From Octopus sinensis (lineage: Eukaryota), in the NCBI RefSeq assembly GCF_006345805.1, contig NC_042997.1, positions 196,850,001 through 196,914,000 on the forward strand: 64,000 nucleotides of DNA, written 5' to 3'. The notes below the pieces were generated by a model. The model did no database searches and was not told the origin of the DNA. It saw only the letters and a program-made list of their open reading frames with translations. Numbering within the stretch: position 1 is the stretch's first letter; each line of letters opens with the position of its first letter. Shown one piece after another: positions 40,651-53,538 of this stretch. A program made the translations under genes and the position numbers.

Positions 40651-42087
40651 TATTTAAACTGCCTGTTCTGATATTTTCTCCCGTACCTTTCCTCATTTGA
40701 TTTTATTTTTCTGTTAAAAGACCTGCATCCTGACTGACATCTTTTTAGACTTTGAGCGAATACAACATTTATAAAACCTAGGTACCGTCTCGTGTTGTAC
40801 AACTGTGGGTCAAATGGTGTTATAATAATAGTGACTTGCCCAATGAAATCATATTGGATTCGAACCCGAAACTAGCTGATTAAGAAACGGTATTCTTAAC
40901 CACATGCACATGCATGAGTCCATATTGTACGCTTGTAATTTCTTTCGATCTTTCCAGTGGGAATAAAACAGCACTAGAGCTGTATTATATTGAATCAACT
41001 ATATTGCTAATATAATTTCTTCTACAAAAATTATTTCGATATTATAAGTTTGCATTCACTTTCATCGTTCTCTAAAAGAAATACGGAAAAAGTTAACTTC
41101 ATGTTGTAGATACATAAAGCTTTCATTGATGGAAAAATAGGAAACAGCTCGCCTCTACAAACGTCACTTTTAAGATTTAAACTAAACTGAAGCTAGTACA
41201 TTCCGGCATTTGGTTGATAAACTAACAAAAGTTCTGACAACGCGATGCGAAATTAAACGTCAGAATGGCAAAAACTTGAAAAGAATCTAACGAAACACCT
41301 CATTAAACAAGTGTTCAAAGTGAAATGACCATTAAGAGATCAATGAAAATATTCTTGTTCAGCAAACAAATCTTTAGAAACTTAGCGTGATGTGATAAAA
41401 TTTGATTCAGATGAAAATATTTTCTAGGATATCAATCACGAAGAAACAAATACAACACACTCACTCCCCTATGATCAAGAGATATGCTGAATTATTCTCT
41501 CCATTGCTAACTTACTGGATATTATCCAACATCACAACATTGCATTATACAGAGTACGAAGGTAAAGTGATCCGTCAGAAACATTATCGTTAGATCAACA
41601 TGCCCAAGTTGACGCCTTGCTGCAATTAGGAGACCTGCATTTGACTCTTGCTCGATACCAATATCATATACTATTTCATACATTGTGATTACATTCACAC
41701 ACACACATACAAACACACACAACCGTATGTGCATATATAGCATATATATATAACATAACATCCATAAACTAGAAATCTTTAAACAAGTATTATCTCTATA
41801 AAGGGCCATCATACAGTATCAATGCGTAGTATAATATTTACAACTAAACCACTATAAGCCAAAAGGCCCCAAGCAAGTTGCAAAAATACACACACACACA
41901 CATATATATATATGCATGTATATATATTAATAGTTATCGCCATACTAATATGGCATTCTTATAAAAATAAGAATAAAGCTGTCCGCTTATTAGCTCCATC
42001 GCCTTAAGTTAGCTATTTGATACACAAACTGTATCCATATAACCTTCGAACAAGGGAGGTCAGTCGCTCCACACCACTTGATCGACA

Positions 42088-42129
42088 GCTACAGACGCGT
42101 TTCGGGGTATTGCCCCTTGTCAATGTAGC
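42088..42129 (-). ncRNA. type I minimal hammerhead ribozyme motif with decayed core, in TA-flanked cassette 41925-42142
   Basis: Minus strand reads GCTACA-TTGACAA-GGGG caata CCCC-GAAACGCGTC-TGTAGC. Stem I is 6 bp, stem II 4 bp, stem III palindromic, GUC site; core is two transitions from CTGACGA. Confidence 0.75.
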
Positions 42130-42289
42130 GTAGTCAGACCAGTATATATATATCGTGACGCATATATATCTTCCTGGGGCTACAAACTACAGTAGCATCC
42201 ACCCTTATGGGTTAGCCATATTCAAATGGCATATATGCGTCACGATGTGTTACCGCTACAGTTTATAACTCGCTCTGAGATTTATCATT

Positions 42290-42360
<71 letters not shown>

Positions 42361-43064
42361 GAGCATGTGATCACATGACCGACCAGACTATCAGCTGTTA
42401 TTACACATTACTAGTTACAATGTGTTTTGCATCGTTTTAGCCATCGAATGACGCCACCCACTGACTAGGTAAGCAGGCCAACATTCCCCAGTGATCGAAA
42501 GGAGGAATGGAGAGTAACGTAACATGAAGTGTTTTGTTCAAGAATATAACGCGTCGTCCAGTTTGGGAATCGAGCCCACGTTCCAGCGACTGTGAATGCG
42601 ACACCGTAACCAACAGGCCACGCACCTTCGCACACACAGACACCCACATACAATACATCTATCTCTCATACCCAAACATATGTACATGTGTATACGGGAC
42701 TGAACAGGACTGGCAGATGCCCATGCATACACATATCTTTTCAACGACGCCGAAACTTGTACAAGGAATAGGCCGCACACTTAGACCTATGTAGTTGAGG
42801 CAGCCCTGTTATAACGGGTCAACAGCTCGTCAGTCTAGCAGCTCCACCACGTCACCGTTGTGGATTGATAATATTGTTGTATCGATCTCAAAAGGAAGAA
42901 ACACAGATTTGCCTACGGGGAGATTTGGGAATATACTGCAATACATTCTGTTCAGTACTTTAATTAGTTTGGCAATTCGCCCTCATATAAGTAAACATTG
43001 TTTTTAGTATATGTATAAGACTCGATGTTAGTGGAAAAGGTTAATCGATACCTTCGACAAGACA

Positions 43065-43370
43065 ATCGTTTCTTCCTTCTCAAGCCATGCCTGGCTCATA
43101 AGGGCCGGTTTCCCGGTTTCCTTGGCGTAGAGGTTCCCCACCTGGACGGAACGCTGGTCCGTCGCAGGTGAGCTGCAAGATACAGGAGGAAAGAGTGGGA
43201 TAAAGTTGTAGCGAAAGAGTCAACAGAAGTTCGCCATTACCTTCTGCGGGAGCCGCGTGGAGCTTAGGTGTTTCGCTCATAAACACAACATATCGCCCGG
43301 TCTGATCTTCGAACCCGCGATCCCTCGACCGCGAGTCCGCTGCTCTAACCACTAGGCCATGTGCCTCCAC
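43065..43370 (-). mobile_element. SINE family C variant, tail type iii
   Basis: Collinear with 18975-19300. Confidence 0.85.
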
Positions 43371-44881
43371 ACATTCGAAATTAGAAGGTGATTGGTACTT
43401 TATTTTATCGAACCTGACAGAATGAAGCCACGACGGTGTAATCTTTAGTTCATTCAAAATGCAGCTGGCTTATCGCTTGGCGTATTGCTCTATAGCCAGA
43501 CTAATTTGTAGCCTTGACTAAATGCAGCTCATCTATAAAGAGAAATCAATTTGAAATTTACTTGACGTACTGTAGCACAGATATTTGTTTTATTTTATTA
43601 TATTTTTCGACATCTCTGGAAGGAAATAAAAGTAAATTGTTGTGACGTGTAAATTCAGAATGAAAAGAGAAACTAGGAAATATGCCAAAATATTTCGAAA
43701 CTGTATTTTATGGTTTCTGCCATGCTCTGCTCCAAGCTAGTATTACTAAAATTCAATGCCCAATAAACAAGAAAACAAGGAAGAAAAAAAAGCAAAAAAA
43801 CCTTCTGAAGAAGCAAGTTTGAATTCAATAAAAAGTTGTTTAGAAAAACATTTAAATTATAAAAGAATTAAAGCAGCCATAGTTTTAATATGAATTTCTT
43901 CGTTGTTATCGTTCTATTGAAAACGTACTTATTGCTTTAGTTATTGCAGTGACGGTTCAATCATGCTTCCTGTAGCTTTTATGACAAACCCTCCTAAGGT
44001 GACGTGACGTAAATGCCCGTGGTTAGATGACATTTTGTTAAGACGAAAACCATTTCTTCAATAAACGGAAAATTATAAAAGAAATGGAAATATTTGCAAA
44101 ATCAAATTTCAATTTTCTGTAATTATTTTTGAAGGCATTTTAAGAATCAGTATTAAAGCGGTTGGTACAAAAAAAAAAAAAAAAAAAAGAAATCAGCTTT
44201 TGAAATAAAAATGCTTGCTGAAGTCGACTAACAAAGGAATGGAGATATTTGTTTAAGAACTACTTCGTTATAATGTTTGAGTTCATTTGAAATGAAATTA
44301 TAAAACGTTAAATGTTACGTGAAAAACAAATGCAAAAGCAAATTGCATTAACAGCAACGAAATAGAATATGGACCTAAAATGCACTACTTTTAAACTACG
44401 AAAATCGTGGCAAAATATTTGAAATTGCGTTTTCTTATAAAACTATGGACTGTATTTCCACTACTATCGACAAATAATCAAACTGAGAAGAAATCATAAA
44501 TGGAATAATACACACTTTTCCGACCCCTCTTGTGATATTCAGGAACTTAGAAATAATGGGATAATATTTCGGAAATTTTATCAGATAAAATTATAAGTCA
44601 CGTAAATAAAATTTGTATTTTTAAATGTCCATTTTAAACTTTTTCACCATGGTGAGGTGTTCGATAAACATATTCAAATTTGAGCCAACCCTAAATTTCA
44701 TGCATACCATATGTACAGCCTCTTTGAAAGTGAAAATTGTTTCAACAACTCAAGTTATTAATATGGTTTTCCACGTAGCTTCTGTCCTTGTACGCTTATA
44801 CATATTTCCTAAGTTATACACTTGAATTAACCTTTTAAAATAACAGCATTTATCTCTAATGACGATGATATATATACATAC

Positions 44882-44914
<33 letters not shown>

Positions 44915-44920
44915 ATATAA

Positions 44921-46623
44921 CAAAAAGAATTCCAACCTTGTCTGATTTTCACGTTTTATTTACAATCTATAATGATATTATAAGATAATATATTATAATT
45001 GAATAAAATAAAATGAAATAGTAGAATGTTAAATGTTCATTCTGATTGAACTAGTACTTTCATGCATTGAATTCTGCAATCTTCGGGTTCATGTAGTAGT
45101 GTTGACAGTCATGCTTCACAATTTTTGACTGTAGCAAGATGATTGATTCTGTGCTATAAATACAGCTGGGTAGGCTCCAGAGTGCTGGGTTTTGCAAACT
45201 GTATTCTGACCAATCAGTGTGTAGTATCACTCAATTACTTAAGCTGATTGTTGGTTGAGCTGATTGGTTTAGGCATCACGCTTTGTTGGACATGTCAAGA
45301 GTCCTGTATCTTGACCCTGGCCGAAGCAGCAATTGTTGGTTATTTTTAGAAATGTTGTAAATATCCTTTGTCAGAGATTTTTATATTTTTATATTTCAGT
45401 TGTCATCATCATCATTGTCAGCACCTTAATTATTGTTGCTAGTGGTGATGGTGGTGTCAATAGAACTTTTAACCCTAAATAAGACAATTTTCCTGCTATC
45501 TTCATCTTGATCACCTTTAGTATTGTTGTTGTTGTTAGTGGTCATGGTCGTAGCAGTGGAAGTAATACCTCTAAGTATTATTATTATTGCTTATTTACCT
45601 TGGGTTCGAATTTATCAATAAAATTCTTTTCTCTGATTCTCCTCTCGATTTCACTTGGGCTGTGTAATTTGTAGAACGGAAATATTATTACATTTTCCGG
45701 CCACATGTTGCTAGGTGGTTACTCAAAGGTATCTGACGGACCTCTGGGTCTCTAATCTGTTGCGGTGTACACGTGAGCGTTCTAATAGTGCGTTTCCCGT
45801 CTGACCTACATATATTTCTTCACAATTTGGGCATTTGATGCAGTAAATTAAATTTCTGCTTTTGCAGTTCATATTCACGTTTGTGAATATTTTCCCGGTT
45901 TTTGTGTTTATATATGACCGGTATGTATGATTGGCATGTGCCACATCGGCTATCATTGCATTTAGATACCGTGAATGTTTGGTCTTTGTTGCTGAGGTCA
46001 AATTTTGCCTTTGTTAGTAATGTTTTCAAGTTTTTAGGCTGTCTTTTACTAAGCACCATAGCTCGATCCGTGATTATGTTCTTTTAATTCATTACTTGGG
46101 TAATGATTGGTAGGTTTGCTTTGGCATGTTGAAGATATTCTGGTGACATGGGTTGTTCTTGTTTTCCTCTTCCTTGGGTTGTCCTAAGTTGTTGTATGGG
46201 TATTTTTATAGCCCGCTGTATGCCATTTTCTATAAGTAGAGATGAGTATTTTTGTTTGAGCAAAAATTCTCTTAGTTCTATTAGGCGTTTGTTCCTGATA
46301 TTTGCATCTTCTACAATAGTACAAATTCTTCTGGCTAGGCAGTATGGGATGTTGCGTTTTGTATGTGGTGGATGGCACGACTTAAAATTTAGGTATTGAT
46401 GTGTGTCTGTGTGTGTTATAGTATATATCTGTGTGATGGTGGTGTCTTTTTTAATTATCATTATATCCAGGAATGGCAATTTGGTACTACTCATCTCCTT
46501 TGTAAATTGGAGAGATGGGTGTAGGTTGTTCAGGAGGATATTGAACTCTTCCAGAGTATTTAGAGATTCTGTCCAATTATGAAGCAGTCGTCTATATATT
46601 TATCAAGTATTCACCCTGAATTT
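44921..46623 (-). mobile_element. Penelope-like retroelement (Neptune-like), 5'-truncated and frameshifted: RT C-terminus, Cys linker, GIY-YIG endonuclease, 3' pLTR
   Basis: YIDDCF (46581-46598)..LNNLHPSLQFT..LPFLD..QYLNFKSCHPPHTKRNIPY..CNDSRCGTC..NLIYCIKCPNCEEIYVGQTG..REKNFIDKF; (TA)n on both sides. Confidence 0.93.
45047..45091 (-). ncRNA. minimal hammerhead ribozyme in the Penelope 3' pLTR
   Basis: Minus strand reads TGAAC-CCGAAGA-t-TGCA gaattcaa TGCA-t-GAAA GTAC TA-GTTCA. Single core change (U4C); sense to the ORF and downstream of it, as known for Penelope-like elements. Confidence 0.75.
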
Positions 46624-46643
46624 ATATATATTATATATATATA

Positions 46644-46733
<90 letters not shown>

Positions 46734-46797
46734 ATATATAGATATATATATATAATATATATATATATATATACTACTTGTGTGTGTGTGTGTGTGT

Positions 46798-47122
46798 GTG
46801 AAGGCGCTTGGCTTAGTGGTTAGAGCGTCGAGCTTACGATCGTGAGGTTGTGAGTTCGATCCCAGAGCGGGCTACGTCTTGTGTTCTTGAGCAAGATACT
46901 TCATTTCACATTGCTCCAGTTCACTCAGCTGTATAAATGAGTTGCGACGTCACAGGTGCCAAACTGTATCGGCCCTTGCTTTTCCCTTGGTGGCATGAAG
47001 AAGGGGAGGCTAGTATGCATGGGCGACTGCTGGTCTTCAATAATCAACCTTTCCCGGACTTGTGCCTGGGATGGTAATTTTCTAGGTGCTATCCCATGGT
47101 CATTCATGACTAAAGGGGTCTC
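46798..47122 (+). mobile_element. SINE family D
   Basis: Collinear with 1738-2076; B box GAGTTCGATCCC. Confidence 0.85.
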
Positions 47123-47748
47123 AGCAAATATATATATATACATACATACATACATACATATCCGCTGCATCGGAAATTAGCAATGGCTCCATAACTACTG
47201 ACTCGGCTATAACTTTGGAGCCCTAGTAATCCATTACAGCACTTACCTAGTGTAACTAACCGTTTAATCCATCTGTGAACTAAGCCCCTGCGAGTATGTT
47301 CGGGTTTGCGTCCGCATTTGCGTGCGCCTGTGTGTATGTGTGTGTATGCTACGGTGCGCTAATGTTACTCTTCTAATATGGCAGAGACTCATGACAAAAC
47401 ATTCTGCCTGCATTAGATAGTTGTCTCCTAAATTCATAGAAGCATCTAAAAACTATTATCAACGTTTGTGCTTGGAATCTCTGTTTTTCACGACAGAAAA
47501 TTATCAATAATCAAGTTATAATCAGGAAATTTATTATCAATGATGTGCTGGGCAATAACATATAACTTATATAATAAGGTTGAGAGGCGCAGGTGAGGCT
47601 GTGTGGTAGGACGTTTGGTGCCCAACCTAAAGATTCAGTGTTCAGTTCTACCATGTGGCACTTTGGGTAAGTTTAATCTTCTATTACCTTGTGCTGACCG
47701 AACACTTGTGAGCGGAATTGGCGGAAGAAAACTGAAATAAATCCGTGA

Positions 47749-47792
<44 letters not shown>

Positions 47793-48402
47793 TATCCTCA
47801 GTTGCAAAAATACAAATTTTCAACAGATAGGGTATTCTGTTATAATTTCTAGCAAATATTTCGTCAGACCTAGAGAATGAAAGAATTCCATGCTGCTAGT
47901 ATATTGTATATCTGTGTGTCGTTGTGTTGCTTTTGTCACCCCCATCGCTTGACAAACGGCGTCGTTGTGTTTATGAGTCCGTAATGCAGCAGTGCCCCAG
48001 CATGACCGCAGTCTAATGACTGAAACATGTGAAAGATAAAATATAAAAGAATACAGTTGAATTAAGTAACATTATAAGCCGTAATGTGCAAATTTAACAT
48101 AATTATTAAAACACTTCGGTTTCTTTGAAAAACATGCCTGGAACACAAAAGAAACAGTTTCTTAAAAAGGAAAAGTAATATTTTGGGGTCTATAGCGCAG
48201 TGGTGTAGTGTTTTGCATCGATTATCTTAAAAGTATATTAATATTTTTTTAGTCGCTGTGTAATAGCTTTTAAAACGTCATGAATAGATCCTAAAAACAA
48301 TTAATGTGGTGGTTTCAAACTTTGGCACAAAGCAAGCCATTTCGGTGAAGAGAGTAAGTCGATTACATCGGCCCCAGTGCTGAACTGGTAATAATTTTAT
48401 TA

Positions 48403-48970
48403 TTATTGAGCGAGAGAGCAGTGTATGCCATGCCATCAATGTGAAACTGGGGGTAAAATATATGAAACCCAGTATATACATCATGACTACCTGTCTGATA
48501 AGGGTACACCAGGCACATGCATCACAACCATATGTGCGCGACAGGGTGATTTCATATCAAGATAAACAGCGCATGACCTTGTAGTTGGGGCCCAGTTAGA
48601 ATTTTCTTCTGGTCGAGTAGCCCATCCCGCTCAAAAGGTCCCTGAATAAGAATTGTTTAAGCATGTTGAACGAAACACCCATGTTTCCAAAGGTGAATTA
48701 TCCAAACTTCCAAGAATTCCTTTCAACACACGGCTATGATGCTCCCTCACTACTTCTGCTCATGATCAGAGATGCACATATCGTCACCCACTAAGGGACA
48801 TGCTCAACTGGTTAAGGTCAAACAAATGACAAGCAAATCTGTGGTGTGGAGCCGAATATTTGTTGTAGCCCATCTTTTATACCAAGACAAAACGATGTAC
48901 ATGATAACACTTCCAATCAATTAAGATCAGAAGCCATGAGAGCAACTGTCTGGTACCGCATCATGGCATA
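48403..48970. mobile_element. unclassified insertion of about 570 bp nested in an old SINE B (-)
   Basis: GC-richer block bounded by (ATT)n; SINE B halves lie at 48310-48398 and 49030-49130. Confidence 0.5.
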
Positions 48971-51411
48971 AAAATCATTATTATTATTATTATTACTATA
49001 AATATTACTATTAAGAATTATGGTTAGGGGCCAAGTCTACCTCGGCGGAGTTTGAACTCAGATAGTAAAGAGAGACAAAAGCCGCTAAGCATTTTACCCA
49101 GCTTGCTAATGGTTCTGCCACTTCGCCACCATGACAAGAAAGCCACTTAAATATATTGATATATGTGCTTCGTCACAAAATACCTGAAGCTTCTGCTTAC
49201 CCAACAAATGAATTATTTGCCTTTTTCTGTAGTTTGATATTTTGAGCTTGGGTTTGTGCAGTTCAAGAAGGAAATGTACGACAGTTGCCCAGATGAAAGT
49301 TCAAATGTCATATCACTGCATAAACCAACCAGAATTAATATGTTAGACTTTAAGTTAACGTTACTTAATCTTGTCTGAAATTAAACATTACATTATTTGT
49401 TGTAAGAATTCAATGCTAAGTTGCTTTGCTATCGATACATCGCCAAGCCACGTATCAAAATTTGTCTTTGTTCACATGAGAGTGGAATCAATTACCTGTT
49501 CAATACATTCTCAGCCAAGATAATGTTATCGATATTCTTTGCTCAGCAGATAAACAGTTAAATTATTCTTTTGCTTATATAAGCTGTCTTTAAGACTTTG
49601 GCAGCCTCGCTCAAAGAATATATTTTGTGTCTGGTAGACATGTGCCATAAAATGTGTTGATATGTAAACATGAAAGGACACAGAGGAGATGGAAGTATGA
49701 AGTATAGCTTGAAGTTTATCTCTAAATTCTTGAACTGTAAGATAGAACAAATTTTATAACATTTGAACAGGGAATAACTTTTGTTACGCATATTTCTCGT
49801 GATATCTTCTTCGCAATTTACTCAGGTACGTGTGAATATCTATGTTTATACAATATACAATGTTTATACAATATACCAGCTGTATTCAAACGGTACCCGG
49901 AAGGTTTGAAACGACGTATAAATGAAATCTTTAGAAAATCCACAATAGCACCTGACAGTTTTAAAACGCATGATATTTATATTTTTGATATAAATAAAAT
50001 TTTGTTTTATAAACCATACAAGTTTGATTAATAAAACAACGTAAGCTACAGATTTGTTTCTCCATCGAAATTTTTAACTTGAAGAGTCTTTTAAACATTT
50101 CAAACGCCTGGTGCACCAGCCTATTATCAATTCATTTCTAGTGCGTCATGAAATCAAAAGGATTCAGAAATGTTGCAATAATCACTTACATATGAATAAT
50201 GTTTGTATGCTAAAATATTTCAATGCACACATGTTTTATGTGTAAATAATCACACGTATATAGTTAAAAAATTAGTCAACTAACTTACTTCATAAGCGAT
50301 CATTTATAATTGATTCGACTTTAAAGAACATGGACTTCATTTTACCGTTATAATTCTCTGCTAAATAAAGTAGTTAATTGCCATTAAGTTACATTGCATA
50401 TAAATGGGGCTTTCCTTATCAGTTGATGAAAATTTGAAATTGATGAATTAGTCCAACAGATTTCGAAATTCAACTATCGATATTCATTTTCTTTATTAAT
50501 TTAAATTGCTGATCAATAGATAAAACCATTTCGGCGAGTGATATCAATATTGATTTAAGTTACTGCCTTTATCACTACCATAATCGTTATTCTAATAATC
50601 AAGATCATTCTTATCATTTTCCAATCACGTATTAATTGATATGAGGAAAATATTCAATAATAATTATGCATTAACTATATTAGCTTTTATTGAATTGCAA
50701 GAATTTTTTTTTAAAGTATTGTTTCAAAAGCAGGAGAGAAAAGTAGAAAAAAAATCTGTTTTATACATAAAACTATATTGAAAACAATATTTTACATATA
50801 ATGGAGATTTTTTTTCAATGTTTATCTTAGTTCATACTAATTACATATAATGTTAAAAAAACCGCTAACAGTTTTGGCGACCCATAAAAGCATCTAGTCG
50901 TTAGAAATATTTTCTTGTTTACCGATTACGTGATTCTAATGCATGAAAATGTTTTAACATTTTTAATGTTTATTCAGAGTTGTATCTCTTCATGATGTCT
51001 ACAGACATTAAAGAAAAAATATTCAGAATCTGCTCTCATTACTGCAGACATCGTGTAAATAATGAGAACGGTGAGGCAAACAAAAAAAAAATAAGAAGAA
51101 AGAAAGAGGAGGTAAACGTGACAAAACAGTGTCATATCAAAACAAACAACATAAAATGCATTAAAAATGTGTAATATATTTATGAAGCACTTAAAATATC
51201 CTTAGATAAAAACAGAAGTTTATTAACCATATAGACATGAGTTTGTCAAAGCGAAAGAATATGGCATGACTGAGTGGTAAGAATCTTACTTCCGAACCAC
51301 CTAGACTCGGGTTCAATTCCACTGTGTGGTACCTTGGGTATCTCCCACTATAGCTTCAAGCCGACCAGAGCGTTGTGAGTGGATTTGGTAGATGGCAACT
51401 AAAAGAAGACC

Positions 51412-51465
<54 letters not shown>

Positions 51466-51520
51466 CCAAAGTATGGGGTTTTAGTTCACAGGTGATCTAA
51501 ACGATTAGGTCTACTAGGTA

Positions 51521-51579
51521 AGTGCTCTGATGATAGAATATCCCATACTCGGGGATATCACAGAAACAGCTGTAAGACT
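51521..51579 (+). ncRNA. type I hammerhead ribozyme motif, copy 1 (intact core)
   Basis: AGTgCT-CTGATGA-taga-ATATCCC atactcg GGGATAT-caca-GAAAC agct GTA-AGACT; palindromic stem III ACAGCTGT; predicted cleavage after A51574. Confidence 0.75.
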
Positions 51580-51749
51580 GAATTTTTTCCAATAATAGTA
51601 TTGCATTACGACTTGAGAAGTTTGCTTTGCGTTAACGTTTGTTGTCCATTTTAACAATTATATATATATATATATATATGTAATATACACACACCCAAAG
51701 TATGGGGTTTTAGTTCACAGGTGATCTAAACGATTAGGTCTACTAGGTA

Positions 51750-51808
51750 AGTGCTCTGATGATAGAATATCCCATACTCGGGGATATCACAGAAACAGCT
51801 GTAAGACT
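51750..51808 (+). ncRNA. type I hammerhead ribozyme motif, copy 2 (intact core)
   Basis: Identical to copy 1; CTGATGA at 51756-51762; predicted cleavage after A51803. Confidence 0.75.
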
Positions 51809-51887
51809 GAATTTTTTCCAATAATAGTATTGCATTACGACTTGAGAAGTTTGCTTTGCGTTAACGTTTGTTGTCCATTTTAACAAT

Positions 51888-51918
<31 letters not shown>

Positions 51919-52238
51919 ATGTGTGTGTGTATATAATGCTTGTATATATGTGCGTATGAATGCATGTGTATCTTTGTGTCTGTGTATGTCCCCTACCACT
52001 GCCTGACAATCGGTGTTGATGCGTTTTGTTGAAAGAGACCAAGTTTAAACAAAGTTGAATATTGGGGCGATTCATTCGACTCAAAATTCTTCAAGTCTGC
52101 ACCAGCAACGTATGAACCCTAATAACCGAAACAAATAAAAGATAAAAAGAGATGTGTCTTGGGTGAAATTTCGAACCTGGGTTCTCATTTCTAAGGTATT
52201 TTTCGTTATTGTTGTTGTTATTATTATTATCATTATTC

Positions 52239-52306
52239 AGGTTTCTGCCTGGAATCGAACTCGGAATCTTGGGGTTAGTAGCCCGCGCTCTTAACCACTA
52301 CGCCAT
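52239..52306 (-). mobile_element. tRNA-like SINE head / tRNA pseudogene
   Basis: TGGCGTAGTGGTTAAGAGCG..GAGTTCGATTCC carries A and B boxes; no acceptor stem; followed by (AAT/AAC)n. Confidence 0.65.
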
Positions 52307-52501
52307 AATAATGAGTACATACATATATGTAAATTTGATTAACAATATTCGCCAGAAATTTGAGATTGATTCAAAGTCTGAGTGTTTCGTTCACTGGCTC
52401 TTTGATAAGGCAATACTCGAAATTCTTGGCCTTAGAACCGCTCTGTAACTTCTGTTGATTACACACACACGCACACAACACAACACACATACACACACAC
52501 A

Positions 52502-53538
52502 TAGAGACTGTTCGGGCTAAATCTGATGACCGTTTAAGCCCCCACTCTCAGCCATTATTTCAGGAACAGTTTGATGATTTGGTGAACAGTCACTGGCGTT
52601 AGAATGCATGAAGATTAATGTTGCAGTTGAGAAAAAGCTGGCTGAAACGGAAAACTAGAAGCTATATGAATATTGGAAAAGATTTTCCTCTACCATGAAG
52701 ATTTGCGGCGGGTATCGAAATCCCTGCGTCTCAAAGCTCTGAGCACATTGTAAAAACTGTAATATGTGAAGCGGACAGGTGCAATGGAGACTATGACGCA
52801 GTGACCAGCAACAACGGAAACATCAAGCGTTCAGACTTCGTCCCCCAGCGGACTCGCGGTCATAGGATCGCGGTTTCGATTCCCAGACCGGGCGTTGTGA
52901 GTGTTTATTGAGCGAAAACACCAAAAAGCTCCACGATGCTCCGGCAGGGGATGGTGGTGATCCCTGCTGTACTCTTTCACTACAACTTTCTCTCACTCTT
53001 ACTTCCTGTTTCTGTTGTACCTGTATTTCAAGGGGCCGGCCTTGTCACGCTGAATATCCCCGAGAACTACGTTAAGGGTGCACGTGTCTGTGGAGTGCTC
53101 AGCCACTTACACGTTAATTTCACGAGCAGGCTGTTCCGTTGACTCGGATCAACCGGAACCCTCATTGTCGTAACCGACGGAGTGCTTCCAATCTTTGCAC
53201 AGGGCTTCAGTCTCATTTCAGATAGCTATGTGAAGCTCCTGCAAATTGTGGTCAATCCCTGGTCGGGTTACTATATTTCGGATGCAGTTGAGAATGACAT
53301 CAACAGTTCTGCCAGCTTCACCAAAGTTGAGCTGGTAACCAAGATTGAGGGGTATTTTGAAGATCTTTCCAGGTCCCAGAGCTGTTTTGAGGTCGTGGTG
53401 GAAACTAATAATTTACTGTTTGTAAACTGTTATCTCCCAGCCATAATCTCGTTGATATTTTTGTATCCTTAAAATACTCTTAGTTTTGGAGGGTATGTTG
53501 TATTTTATTTTCCTCACATGTTTCCCAAACACCCAGTA
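52502..53538 (+). mobile_element. degenerate Tc1/mariner (maT/rosa-like) transposon fossil interrupted by a SINE
   Basis: IFAQGFSLISDSYVKLLQIVVNPW and YYISDAVENDIN..TKVELVTKI..FEVVVETN resemble DDD-domain and C-terminal motifs; decayed termini tagagactgttcggg / cccaaacacccagta. Confidence 0.6.
52846..53190 (+). mobile_element. SINE family C, tail type i (5'-truncated)
   Basis: Reverse complement of 16871-17220 with few changes. Confidence 0.92.

Larger units (their letters stand above)
51459..51886 (+). repeat. two identical cassettes of about 200 bp (229-bp period) separated by (TA)n
   Basis: cccaaagtatgggg..gtccattttaacaat starts at 51465 and at 51694. Confidence 0.95.
51262..52150 (+). 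mobile_element. old SINE family A split by the hammerhead tandem inserted in its internal (TA)n
   Basis: Head/core 51262-51412 (ttgtgagtggatttggtagatggcaactaaaagaag); 3' half resumes at about 51975-52150. Confidence 0.7.

Noticed and set aside
41428-41690. Protein-like stretch (..VDALLQLGDLHLTLARYQ) and possible exon
   Set aside because: In-frame stops in the protein-like frame and no family recognised.
49885-50118. Possible old MITE with decayed TIRs
   Set aside because: Terminal match too weak and no TSD visible.
52239-52306. Functional tRNA gene (apparent ACT anticodon)
   Set aside because: No acceptor stem and a simple-repeat tail; better explained as a SINE head. The same applies to all other tRNA-like heads.
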